A program made the position numbers and the translations under genes. From a virus (Duplodnaviria > Caudoviricetes), in the IMG/VR virus record IMGVR_UViG_3300020043_002662, positions 1 through 42,181 of that record: 42,181 nucleotides of DNA; one strand, written 5' to 3'. Shown here piece after piece: positions 8,903 to 16,661 of the stretch. The notes below the pieces were generated by a model that saw nothing but the letters and a program-made list of their open reading frames with translations, was not told the origin of the DNA and searched no databases. How positions within the stretch are numbered: position 1 is the stretch's first letter; each line of letters begins with the position of its first letter.

Positions 8903-9184
8903 ATGAAAGACGCGATTCGCTACACGATCACCATTGAAGCAACGGTGCAGCGAGAGGAAGCCGCAGGGAGAGAATGGAAGCCAGTAAGCAACGAACCCGG
9001 CGCAAAGATGGATTACACCCCGCAGATCACTAAGGTGATTGAGCGAGAGATTGAAGTCTATAAGCAGGAGGTGGACACCCTTGATATGAACGCAGTTATT
9101 GGTGTGATCAATGGACTACCGACGACCAACGGGGTGGCTTGCCCTGAGTGCGGGCACTGCTTTGAGGTGTGCTGCCAATACTGA
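8903..9184 (+). CDS. cassette gene: hypothetical protein with C-terminal CPECG motif
   Basis: GGAGGAG RBS; 93-aa ORF bounded by attC sites. Confidence 0.8.
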   Translation: MKDAIRYTITIEATVQREEAAGREWKPVSNEPGAKMDYTPQITKVIEREIEVYKQEVDTLDMNAVIGVINGLPTTNGVACPECGHCFEVCCQY

Positions 9185-9185
9185 C

Positions 9186-9270
9186 TGCTAACGATTGAGT
9201 TAAGCGGCCCGCGCTTTGCGTTGGCCAGATGCGCGGACTTGCAAGGGTCCGCTTGAATGATGTGTTAGGC
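9186..9270 (-). repeat. attC site (85 bp)
   Basis: Minus strand GCCTAAC-acatc-ATTCAAGC...GCTTAAC-tcaatc-GTTAGCA. Confidence 0.92.
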
Positions 9271-9292
9271 CTTGGTGGCAGGAGAGGAAACC

Positions 9293-9496
9293 GTGAAAGA
9301 AAAACGAACTCGTGTGAGTACGTCCATGGTGCGCTTGATTTGCGAAAAGTGTGAAGGCGGAGAGATGAAGCCAACGGGAATTTGCCTGACATCGAATCCA
9401 CCTCAATACCCGCATAGATGCGACAAGTGCGGTCACGAAGAGACGGTGCGCGGAGGCAGGACTTACCCTCGCATCAAGCACGAAGAAGAGGCCTAA
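9293..9496 (+). CDS. cassette gene: zinc-ribbon protein
   Basis: GTG start after GGAGAGG; CEKC...NPPQYPHRCDKCG; stop TAA inside the core site. Confidence 0.8.
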   Translation: MKEKRTRVSTSMVRLICEKCEGGEMKPTGICLTSNPPQYPHRCDKCGHEETVRGGRTYPRIKHEEEA

Positions 9497-9548
9497 CACC
9501 GGAATTGACGGGCGCGTAGCGGCGGTCAGGTTGATTGAATTGTTATGC
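9491..9548 (-). repeat. attC site (58 bp)
   Basis: Minus strand GCATAAC-aattc-AATCAACC...CGTCAAT-tccggt-GTTAGGC. Confidence 0.85.
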
Positions 9549-9571
9549 GGCATTTTTCCTACGGAGGACTT

Positions 9572-9757
9572 ATGACAGAAGAAGAATGGCAGGACGAGGT
9601 AAGAAGGCGCGATGAAATTATTGATGCCAACAAAGGCATTGAACTTGATTTTCTTTATGCCGATGCCAAGTTGCAGGCGATTAAGTGCATTATCGAAAGT
9701 TCTGCAAGCGAAAGAGAAAAACTGAAAATGGCTAGAGCGTTGATTATTTACGCATGA
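9572..9757 (+). CDS. cassette gene: hypothetical protein
   Basis: ATG at 9572 after GGAGG; bounded by attC sites. Confidence 0.75.
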   Translation: MTEEEWQDEVRRRDEIIDANKGIELDFLYADAKLQAIKCIIESSASEREKLKMARALIIYA

Positions 9758-9758
9758 C

Positions 9759-9815
9759 GCATAACCTTGCCATAAGCGGCGAGTGAAACGAGTCCGATTC
9801 ATGGCGTTGTTATAC
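9759..9815 (-). repeat. attC site (57 bp)
   Basis: Minus strand GTATAAC-aacgc-CATGAATC...GCTTATG-gcaag-GTTATGC. Confidence 0.88.
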
Positions 9816-9829
9816 GCCGAGGAGATATT

Positions 9830-10051
9830 ATGAATATAAGGCAATTATTGAAAAAGTTGAAAACCGCATCTGGAGATGAAGCTATTGATGCAGTGGAAGT
9901 TTTGCAATCGGGCAGAATTGAAAAGGACGATTTTGAAGCGTGGTGGTATGGATGTGGGAGCGGTCTTGCTCCGATGGATGGAGAAGATAGAGAGACACAT
10001 TGCCACAGAGTTTGTGCAGAGTTCTACGTGCATATGACTAAAGGCGTATAA
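9830..10051 (+). CDS. cassette gene: hypothetical protein
   Basis: GAGGAG RBS; stop TAA inside the core site. Confidence 0.8.
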   Translation: MNIRQLLKKLKTASGDEAIDAVEVLQSGRIEKDDFEAWWYGCGSGLAPMDGEDRETHCHRVCAEFYVHMTKGV

Positions 10052-10135
10052 CGCCCGAGCTAACGGGCAGCCGCCAGAAGTGACAGAGCAAATGAACCAT
10101 GCTGAACGGCTGTCCCGTTGAGCGAATTGTTAGGT
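10046..10135 (-). repeat. attC site (90 bp)
   Basis: Minus strand ACCTAAC-aattc-GCTCAACG-ggAcagccg...cggctgcc-CGTTAGC-tcgggc-GTTATAC, with the canonical unpaired C and A in the L'' arm. Confidence 0.93.
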
Positions 10136-10149
10136 TTTGGAGGAAAAGC

Positions 10150-10422
10150 ATGGGAACAGCAACAGGCAACACGATACGACAATTGCGAAGCACCGGACGC
10201 GGCAGCGACCACTACGGAGGGTGCGACCAATGCGGTAAGCACATGAGCGAATGCTTTGTGAGCCAAGTGAAGCGGGAGTATCGCCGCGACGACGGAACAC
10301 TGTATTACGGCTCTGTAGGTGGTGGGGCATACGGACACAGGGAGTGCCTTGAGAAATACTTTGGGCCTCATGTTGAGAAACCTAACATGATTTATACGTC
10401 AAATGTTTTGACTGGGGTTTAA
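10150..10422 (+). CDS. cassette gene: CxxC-containing hypothetical protein
   Basis: ATG at 10150 after GGAGG; CDQCG...HxxC; reads through the attI-like site to a TAA 2 nt before the primase ATG. Confidence 0.8.
   Translation: MGTATGNTIRQLRSTGRGSDHYGGCDQCGKHMSECFVSQVKREYRRDDGTLYYGSVGGGAYGHRECLEKYFGPHVEKPNMIYTSNVLTGV
10380..10398 (-). other. attI-like recombination site
   Basis: Minus strand CGTATAA-atcat-GTTAGGT (degenerate L box, 5-bp spacer, R core) with no attC hairpin, at the head of the array. Confidence 0.6.
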
Positions 10423-10424
10423 AT

Positions 10425-12089
10425 ATGGGTAAGTGTGTATTAAAGATTAGTCACGATGATTGTGGGTCTAGCGATGGCTTACAAGTGTTTGCACAAGATG
10501 ACGGCTCGCTAGATGGCTTCTGTTACGCTTGCAGTACGTTTGTATCCAACCCCCTTGGTGATGGTAAAAGGTTGTCTGATATACCACCTGAGCAACGTCT
10601 GTGTAAGTCTGACGAAGAGGTTCGAGAGGAGTTAGATGACATAGCTTCCTGTACAACTGTTGACTTACCTACGCGAAGGTTAAGAGCTAATGTACTTGAA
10701 CAGTTTGGTGTTAAGGTTGGTGTGTCTAGTAGAGATGGTAAGACTCCAACTGTAGTGTTCTTCCCTTACTATAAGGACGGAGTGCTTACAGGTTATAAAG
10801 CTCGTTCACTAGAGGCTAAAAGGTTTTGGGCTGTTGGTAGTATTAAAGATGCTGACTTGTTTGGTTGGGAACAAGCTAAACAGTCAGGAGCTTCGCGCCT
10901 AATCATTACTGAGGGCGAGTTTGATGCTTGTGCCTTAACCAAAGTGTTTGAGTTGTACGAAGAGGAGAAGTATAAACATACAATACCTGCTGTAGTAAGC
11001 TTACCATCAGGTGTGAGTAGTGTTGAGAAGGTGTTAGGTAAGCACTTGCAAGATATTAACAGGTTGTTTAGAGATGTTAGCTTCTCTTTTGACGATGATG
11101 AGTCAGGCCGTGAGGCTCTTGTAAAGGCTTGTGCCTTGCTACCACTAGCCACAACTATTAATCTCCCACTTAAAGATGCTAACGAGTGTTTGATTAAAGG
11201 TAAAGGTAAAGAGGCTTATCAAGCAGCTAAGTGGAAAGCTGTTGTACCTAAGAACTCCCGCCTAATATCACTAGACTCTGTTTGGGAGTCAGCTAAAGAG
11301 CCAGCTAAATTTGGTGTTAGTTGGCCTTGGAAGCACATTACAGAGGTTACGAGAGGCATTAGGACTGGTGAGACAATTTACATAGGTGCTGCTCAGAAGA
11401 TGGGTAAGTCTGAGGTTGTTAACTCGCTAGCTGACCACTTGGTTCGTGAACATAACTGGAAGATTCTGTTAGCTAAACCAGAGGAGTCTAACGCTAAGAC
11501 AGCTAAGCTACTTGCAGGCAAGGCTGTACAAGCTAGGTTCCACGACCCACGAGTTGAGTTTGACCTAGAGAAGTTTGAAAAAGCTGGTGAGATGTTGCTT
11601 GGTGATAAGATTTATATGCTTAACTTATATCAGCATTTAGGTTGGTCATCACTGAAGACAGATATTATAGTAGCTTCTCAGTTAGGTGTTAAGGCTGTGT
11701 TCATTGACCCAATCACTAACCTAACGAATGGTATGAACTCTGCCGAAGCTAACACTAAATTGCAAGAGATCGCACAAGACTTAGCAGCTATGGCTAAAGA
11801 CCTAGACATTGTAATCTTCATCTTCTGTCACCTTCGTAACCCTGAGAGTGGGTTAGACCACACAAGAGGTGGTAAGGTTTTAACCTCTCAGTTTGCTGGT
11901 AGTAGGGCTATGGGTAGGTCTTGTAATTATATGTTTGGTATTGAAGGTAACAAAGACCCAGAGCTTCCAGAAGACCAACGTAACATCCGACACTTAGTTC
12001 TACTGGATGATCGTGAGTATGGTGAGTCTGGTAGTTTTAGTTTATATTGGGATAAGGATACAACAATGTTTAATGAGGTTGTGGTATGA
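10425..12089 (+). CDS. T7 gp4-like DNA primase-helicase
   Basis: N-terminal HxxC..CxxC zinc-binding domain, TOPRIM (TEGEFDA, FDDD), Walker A variant GAAQKMGKS, FIDPIT and HLR motifs. Confidence 0.95.
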   Translation: MGKCVLKISHDDCGSSDGLQVFAQDDGSLDGFCYACSTFVSNPLGDGKRLSDIPPEQRLCKSDEEVREELDDIASCTTVDLPTRRLRANVLEQFGVKVGVSSRDGKTPTVVFFPYYKDGVLTGYKARSLEAKRFWAVGSIKDADLFGWEQAKQSGASRLIITEGEFDACALTKVFELYEEEKYKHTIPAVVSLPSGVSSVEKVLGKHLQDINRLFRDVSFSFDDDESGREALVKACALLPLATTINLPLKDANECLIKGKGKEAYQAAKWKAVVPKNSRLISLDSVWESAKEPAKFGVSWPWKHITEVTRGIRTGETIYIGAAQKMGKSEVVNSLADHLVREHNWKILLAKPEESNAKTAKLLAGKAVQARFHDPRVEFDLEKFEKAGEMLLGDKIYMLNLYQHLGWSSLKTDIIVASQLGVKAVFIDPITNLTNGMNSAEANTKLQEIAQDLAAMAKDLDIVIFIFCHLRNPESGLDHTRGGKVLTSQFAGSRAMGRSCNYMFGIEGNKDPELPEDQRNIRHLVLLDDREYGESGSFSLYWDKDTTMFNEVVV

Positions 12090-12577
12090 CACGAGATGAG
12101 TTGATTAGTGAGCATTACCAAATGCACTATGGCAGTTTGATTAAGTTCTTCTCTTACAGGCATTACGGTAATGAGCAGGATGCTGAGGATATTGTACAAG
12201 AAGCTTACGCTCGTGCCTTAAAGTATTTTGATTCTTACGATGCAGAAAGAACGAAGTTCACCACTTGGTTTGGTAAGATTATTGTCAACTGTGAGCGTGA
12301 CTTATTGAGAGCTAGGTTGCGTAATGGTTCAACTGAAGAGTTCGACGAAGAGTTGTATGACCCAGTGTTTGAAGACCACGCATTGCGACAGGATTTTATG
12401 AATATTCGTGGTCATATTGACAGATGCAAACAAGGGGTCAGAGAAGTCTTAACTCTATACTACATTTATCAATATAGCCTAAGCGATATTGCCTCTTTAC
12501 TTCCCATGTTTAAGTATAAGCAGATTGATAATATGGTTAAGGACTTTCGTAATAGAGTGATTAAGAAACTTAGTTGA
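12086..12577 (+). CDS. ECF-type RNA polymerase sigma factor
   Basis: DAEDIVQEAY..A, FTTW..KI..N..RD region 2 signature and a region 4 HTH (YSLSDIA). Confidence 0.92.
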   Translation: MTRDELISEHYQMHYGSLIKFFSYRHYGNEQDAEDIVQEAYARALKYFDSYDAERTKFTTWFGKIIVNCERDLLRARLRNGSTEEFDEELYDPVFEDHALRQDFMNIRGHIDRCKQGVREVLTLYYIYQYSLSDIASLLPMFKYKQIDNMVKDFRNRVIKKLS

Positions 12578-12584
12578 GGTTGGT

Positions 12585-12830
12585 ATGCGTAAACCATATA
12601 AAAACGGGTCAAGCCATATTGTACTTATTGTTGACTGTGGTATATTAGGGGATCAAGAATTAACAGTTTACTATGACTGGGAGACAGGTTCTCCTGGCGG
12701 TTTTGATGAACCACCTACACACCCAGACCTAAGTGTTACGTCAGTAACTATCTACGGCTCCGAGGTTAACTTGTGCGACAGTGCTTTAGACGAGATTACA
12801 GATTATGTTAAAGAGGAGGTTAACTTTTGA
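12585..12830 (+). CDS. hypothetical protein
   Basis: 81-aa ORF with GAGG RBS. Confidence 0.75.
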   Translation: MRKPYKNGSSHIVLIVDCGILGDQELTVYYDWETGSPGGFDEPPTHPDLSVTSVTIYGSEVNLCDSALDEITDYVKEEVNF

Positions 12831-12953
12831 AGGTGTTAATTGGTTGTGAGTGTGCTAGGGAGCTGAATAGTGGTATGGGATTGTAAGCATTCTCCGTATG
12901 TTCGACATCGCTTGATACAGTAACCAGCACTCAGTTTTTGGTTAGAGGTTATT

Positions 12954-14804
12954 ATGAAGATTAGTGTGTTTGACTTAGAGTGTGACGGGTTTAACCCAAC
13001 TAAAATACATGTGCTAAGTCACTATACTGATGGTGTTATGGAAAGCACAGATGACTATAATAAAATGCGTTCTTGGATGAATGAGACGCAGGTAATGGTC
13101 GCACATAATTGTGTAAGGTTTGACCTACCTGTCCTGAGACGCTTATTGGGTGTTGATACAAAATGCAAAGTTGTTGACACACTTGCCTTGTCGTGGTACT
13201 TATTCCCTCAACGAGTAAAGCATGGTCTTGAAAGTTGGGGCGAAGATTTTGGTATTAAGAAACCTATTGTAGAGGATTGGGCTACACTATCTTACGAAGA
13301 GTATAAGCATCGTTGTGAAGAAGATGTTAAGATTAACGTAAGGTTGTGGAAGAGGTGTTGGGAGTTTTTGATTAGGTTGTATGGTACTGAGGAAGAAGCT
13401 TGGAAGCTTGTAGACTACTTGATGTTTAAGATGGAGTGTGCAGCTAAGCAAGAGTCTGTCAAATGGAAGCTTGATGTAAGCAGAGCTACAAACTTGTTAC
13501 AAACACTAGAGCTTGTCAAAGAGGAGCGCATAGCTGGTCTAACTGCGGTTATGCCAAAAGTACCTGTGTACAAGGTTGTTAATAAGCCCAAGAAGTTGTA
13601 TAAGGTTAATGGTAAACTAACCACCACTGGAGAGAGTTGGTTCAACCTGTTAGAAGATTTAGGGTTAAGTAAGTTACACGAAGAGTCTATACAGTTGGTC
13701 GCTAAGTATGATGAACCAAACCCAAACTCTACAAAGCAAGTTAAGGATTGGCTATATAACCTAGGATGGGTCCCTGAAACATTCACATACAACCGTGACA
13801 AGCTCACTGGTGAGGTGTCAACAATACCACAGGTTAACGTGAAGGGTTCTGGTGTTTGTGATAGCGTTAAAAAGTTGTACGATAAAGAGCCTAACCTAGA
13901 GTTATTAGATGGGTTAGCTATTGTCTCACACAGGATTGGTGTTGTTAGAGGTTTCTTGTCTAATGTAGATGAGGGAGGTTATTTACAAGCTAGTGTTGAG
14001 GGGTTGACGAATACACTGAGGTTTAAGCACTCTGTAATTGTTAACTTGCCAGGTGTTGACAAGCCTTATGGCGAAGACATTCGTGGTTGCCTCATTACAC
14101 CAGAGGGTTACGAGTTAGTTGGTTCTGATATGTCCTCACTAGAAGATAGGACTAAGCAACATTATATGTGGGACTATGACCCAGAGTATGTAAGGGAGAT
14201 GATGACTCCTGACTTTGACCCACACATTGACTTGGCGTTGTTTGCTAATGCATTAACAAAAGAGCAAGCTGATGATTTTAAATCTGGTAATCACACTAAG
14301 GAGGTTAAGTCTGTTCGACATGTATACAAGCAAGTGAACTATGCCTGCGTGTACGGGGCTGGAGGGGCCACTGTAGGCAGGGCCGCTGGCGTAGGTAAGG
14401 ATGCTGGAGAACGTCTCGTAGAGGCTTACTGGAAGCGTAATTGGTCGGTTAAATCTGTAGCTGAGGCTCAACGAGTTAAGACAGTGTTTGGGCAGATGTG
14501 GTTGTACAACCCAGTGTCTAAGTTCTGGTATAGCTTACGAGCTGAGAAGGATAGGTTTTCAACACTTAATCAAGGTACGGGTGTCTATTGCTTTGACACA
14601 TGGTTGAAGCATGTTTATAATGGTGGTATGCCTATTTGTGGGCAGTTCCATGACGAGTTTATTGGTATTATCAAGCTCGGCCTTCGTGAGAGGGCCGTTA
14701 ATCACATTAACGAAGCCATGAGGTTAACTAATGAAGAGTTGAAGTTAAACAGAGAGTTAGGTTGTTCTATACAGTTTGGTTGCAATTATTCGGAGATACA
14801 TTAA
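12954..14804 (+). CDS. family A DNA polymerase (T7 gp5-like, with 3'-5' exonuclease)
   Basis: FDLECD, AHN..RFD exonuclease motifs; motif A DMSSLEDR, motif B R...KQVNYACVYG, motif C FHDE. Confidence 0.96.
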   Translation: MKISVFDLECDGFNPTKIHVLSHYTDGVMESTDDYNKMRSWMNETQVMVAHNCVRFDLPVLRRLLGVDTKCKVVDTLALSWYLFPQRVKHGLESWGEDFGIKKPIVEDWATLSYEEYKHRCEEDVKINVRLWKRCWEFLIRLYGTEEEAWKLVDYLMFKMECAAKQESVKWKLDVSRATNLLQTLELVKEERIAGLTAVMPKVPVYKVVNKPKKLYKVNGKLTTTGESWFNLLEDLGLSKLHEESIQLVAKYDEPNPNSTKQVKDWLYNLGWVPETFTYNRDKLTGEVSTIPQVNVKGSGVCDSVKKLYDKEPNLELLDGLAIVSHRIGVVRGFLSNVDEGGYLQASVEGLTNTLRFKHSVIVNLPGVDKPYGEDIRGCLITPEGYELVGSDMSSLEDRTKQHYMWDYDPEYVREMMTPDFDPHIDLALFANALTKEQADDFKSGNHTKEVKSVRHVYKQVNYACVYGAGGATVGRAAGVGKDAGERLVEAYWKRNWSVKSVAEAQRVKTVFGQMWLYNPVSKFWYSLRAEKDRFSTLNQGTGVYCFDTWLKHVYNGGMPICGQFHDEFIGIIKLGLRERAVNHINEAMRLTNEELKLNRELGCSIQFGCNYSEIH

Positions 14805-14805
14805 T

Positions 14806-15489
14806 ATGTCACTCAATATTAAAGAAATGAAAAGTAGTGGTGGAAGTTCTAATCGTGCTGAGCCACTAGAGCCTGGTTCATATCCAGCTCGTGTTGTACA
14901 AATCATTGACCTTGGTGTGCAAGCAAGTCCACCAAACAGTGCCTACCCTAAACCACCACAACACATGATTAGTGTAACCTATGAGTTGTGTGATGAGTTC
15001 TTGAAGGATGAAGCTGGCGAGGATTTGAAAGATAAACCTCGTTGGGTTAGTGAAGACTTTAACCTAATGCCTCTTGACAAGGACTTGGCTACCTCCACTA
15101 AGCGTTATAAAGCACTAGACCCTAATGACACTTGTGACGGAGACATCACTCGGTTAATTGGTTGCTGTGGTATGGTTAGTATTGTGCAACGCAAGTCTCG
15201 TGACGGTTTGAAAGTGTATAACAATGTAGCTGGTGTTGCACCAGTACGAGCTAAGGCCGCAGCAACAATGCCTGAGTTGGTTAATGGCGGTAAGGTGTTT
15301 GTTTTGTCTGAGCCAGACTTGGATGTGTTTAACTCTCTACCAGACTTCTTGAAAGAGAAGATTAAAGGTAATTTGAAGTATCAGGGCAGTCCATTGCAGC
15401 GTTTGTTAGAAGGTGGGCAAGCTCCTATTAAAGAGTCAGCAACCAATGTTGTTGCTGAAACACAAGACGATGATGATAGTTGGGGTTAA
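14806..15489 (+). CDS. putative ssDNA-binding protein
   Basis: PGSYPARVVQIIDLG N-terminus; acidic tail ending in an aromatic residue (DDDDSWG); located after the polymerase. Confidence 0.6.
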   Translation: MSLNIKEMKSSGGSSNRAEPLEPGSYPARVVQIIDLGVQASPPNSAYPKPPQHMISVTYELCDEFLKDEAGEDLKDKPRWVSEDFNLMPLDKDLATSTKRYKALDPNDTCDGDITRLIGCCGMVSIVQRKSRDGLKVYNNVAGVAPVRAKAAATMPELVNGGKVFVLSEPDLDVFNSLPDFLKEKIKGNLKYQGSPLQRLLEGGQAPIKESATNVVAETQDDDDSWG

Positions 15490-15492
15490 TAG

Positions 15493-15795
15493 ATGAGTAA
15501 ATTAGTAGAGGTTGGTCAGTTTTACAAAGTTGCTAAGGATGACTTCAAGGAGGAGTTTGGCATTGGTAAGGGTGTTGTAGTGCTTGCTGTTGGTGAGGGT
15601 CTCTTCCCCATTAGTGAGACAGACCCATACCTGCGACGAGTGTACTTTGCCATTACACCTTTCGACAATGGCACTTTAGACCTTAACGAGAAGCCCATTG
15701 TAGTAGCTGCTGAAAGTTTAGAGTTCTTGTCTGACAAAGAGCAAGAAGACTTACAAGCTATGCTTAAGGTGTTCGAGGATAGCTTACCTCAATGA
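15493..15795 (+). CDS. hypothetical protein
   Basis: 100-aa ORF tightly packed in the operon. Confidence 0.75.
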   Translation: MSKLVEVGQFYKVAKDDFKEEFGIGKGVVVLAVGEGLFPISETDPYLRRVYFAITPFDNGTLDLNEKPIVVAAESLEFLSDKEQEDLQAMLKVFEDSLPQ

Positions 15796-16661
15796 AATGC
15801 TTAATCGACGCTGACATACTGGCTTACGAGGTTAGCAGCTCTGGGACTTATAAAGACCAAGACACAGGGGAGACTGTTGTTAAAGACTTTGAGCGAGTTG
15901 CAGAGTTGTTCGATCAACGTATTAAAGAGATTGAAGGGGAGTGTTGGGCTACTGAGCCTAGCACCCTCTACTTAACAGGAGATAATACGCTTGGTAAATC
16001 AATTAATCGGAGGTTAAAGTACAGTGGTGAGGAGGAGGTCGTGTTTAAGAAGAACTTCCGTGAATCTGTGGCGTGGTCGAAACCGTATAAGGGTCAACGC
16101 AAGGAGGAGAAACCTTTCCACTTCCACAACTTACGAGAGTACATGCTTGACAATTACCACGTCCTCATATCCAACGGAGTTGAAGCTGACGACCTAATTG
16201 CTGCGGAGTTAGTTAAAGCTGGTGATAAGCTTGATGTGATTTGTTGCTCTCGTGATAAAGACTTGCGTACTATTGGTGGTATGCACTTCGGCTGGCCTTG
16301 TGGCCTACAACCGCAGTTTGGGCCTGAGCGCATTACAGAGTTTGGTTATTTGGAGTTAGACTTAGAGGGTAAGAAGTTGAAAGGTGGTGGTCAAGCTTTC
16401 TTGTATGCACAAATGTTAACTGGTGATAGGGTGGATAACATCCCTGGGCTAAAGAACTATGGCAAGAAGAAGGCTTACAACGCACTTAAAAACTGTGTGT
16501 CCTTAGAAGACTTGGAAGTCTCAGTGAAGAATCTGTACATCGAAGCTTATGGCGATAAGTATAAGTTCTACTATGATGAACAGTTGACATTACTAAGTTT
16601 ATTAAAAGAGTTACCAGAGGGTAGTTATTATGAAGTTCAACCCGACTTTATACAAAGCTAA
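15792..16661 (+). CDS. 5'-3' exonuclease (T7 gp6/FEN-like)
   Basis: LIDAD, YKGQR, EADD, RDKDL and GDRVDNIPG motifs. Confidence 0.93.
   Translation: MKCLIDADILAYEVSSSGTYKDQDTGETVVKDFERVAELFDQRIKEIEGECWATEPSTLYLTGDNTLGKSINRRLKYSGEEEVVFKKNFRESVAWSKPYKGQRKEEKPFHFHNLREYMLDNYHVLISNGVEADDLIAAELVKAGDKLDVICCSRDKDLRTIGGMHFGWPCGLQPQFGPERITEFGYLELDLEGKKLKGGGQAFLYAQMLTGDRVDNIPGLKNYGKKKAYNALKNCVSLEDLEVSVKNLYIEAYGDKYKFYYDEQLTLLSLLKELPEGSYYEVQPDFIQS

Larger units (their letters stand above)
8473..10398 (-). mobile_element. integron-type gene cassette array (6 cassettes; attI-like site, 5 complete and 1 truncated attC; no intI in window)
   Basis: Regular alternation of small ORFs with 57-90 bp imperfect palindromes having R''-5bp-L''...L'-5/6bp-R' (GTTRRRY-like) architecture on the minus strand; cassette ends are self-complementary; composition differs from the backbone. 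Confidence 0.9.

Noticed and set aside
9200-9844. Minus-strand ORFs in the array (9200-9844, 9108-9401, 10060-10371, 8543-8779) as the true, normally oriented cassette genes
   Set aside because: Most run across attC sites, and they lack clear RBSs and recognisable motifs; the plus-strand ORFs fit between sites and mostly have GGAG-type RBSs
8789-10135. Interpreting the spaced palindromes as a CRISPR array or simple terminators
   Set aside because: Repeats are not identical, spacers are whole genes, there are no U-tails, and the boxes match attC architecture
12954-14804. Intein, intron or split in the DNA polymerase; unusual residue at position 762
   Set aside because: The gene is contiguous and of normal size; Tyr at the 762-equivalent position (KQVNY) is the ordinary T7-like lytic state
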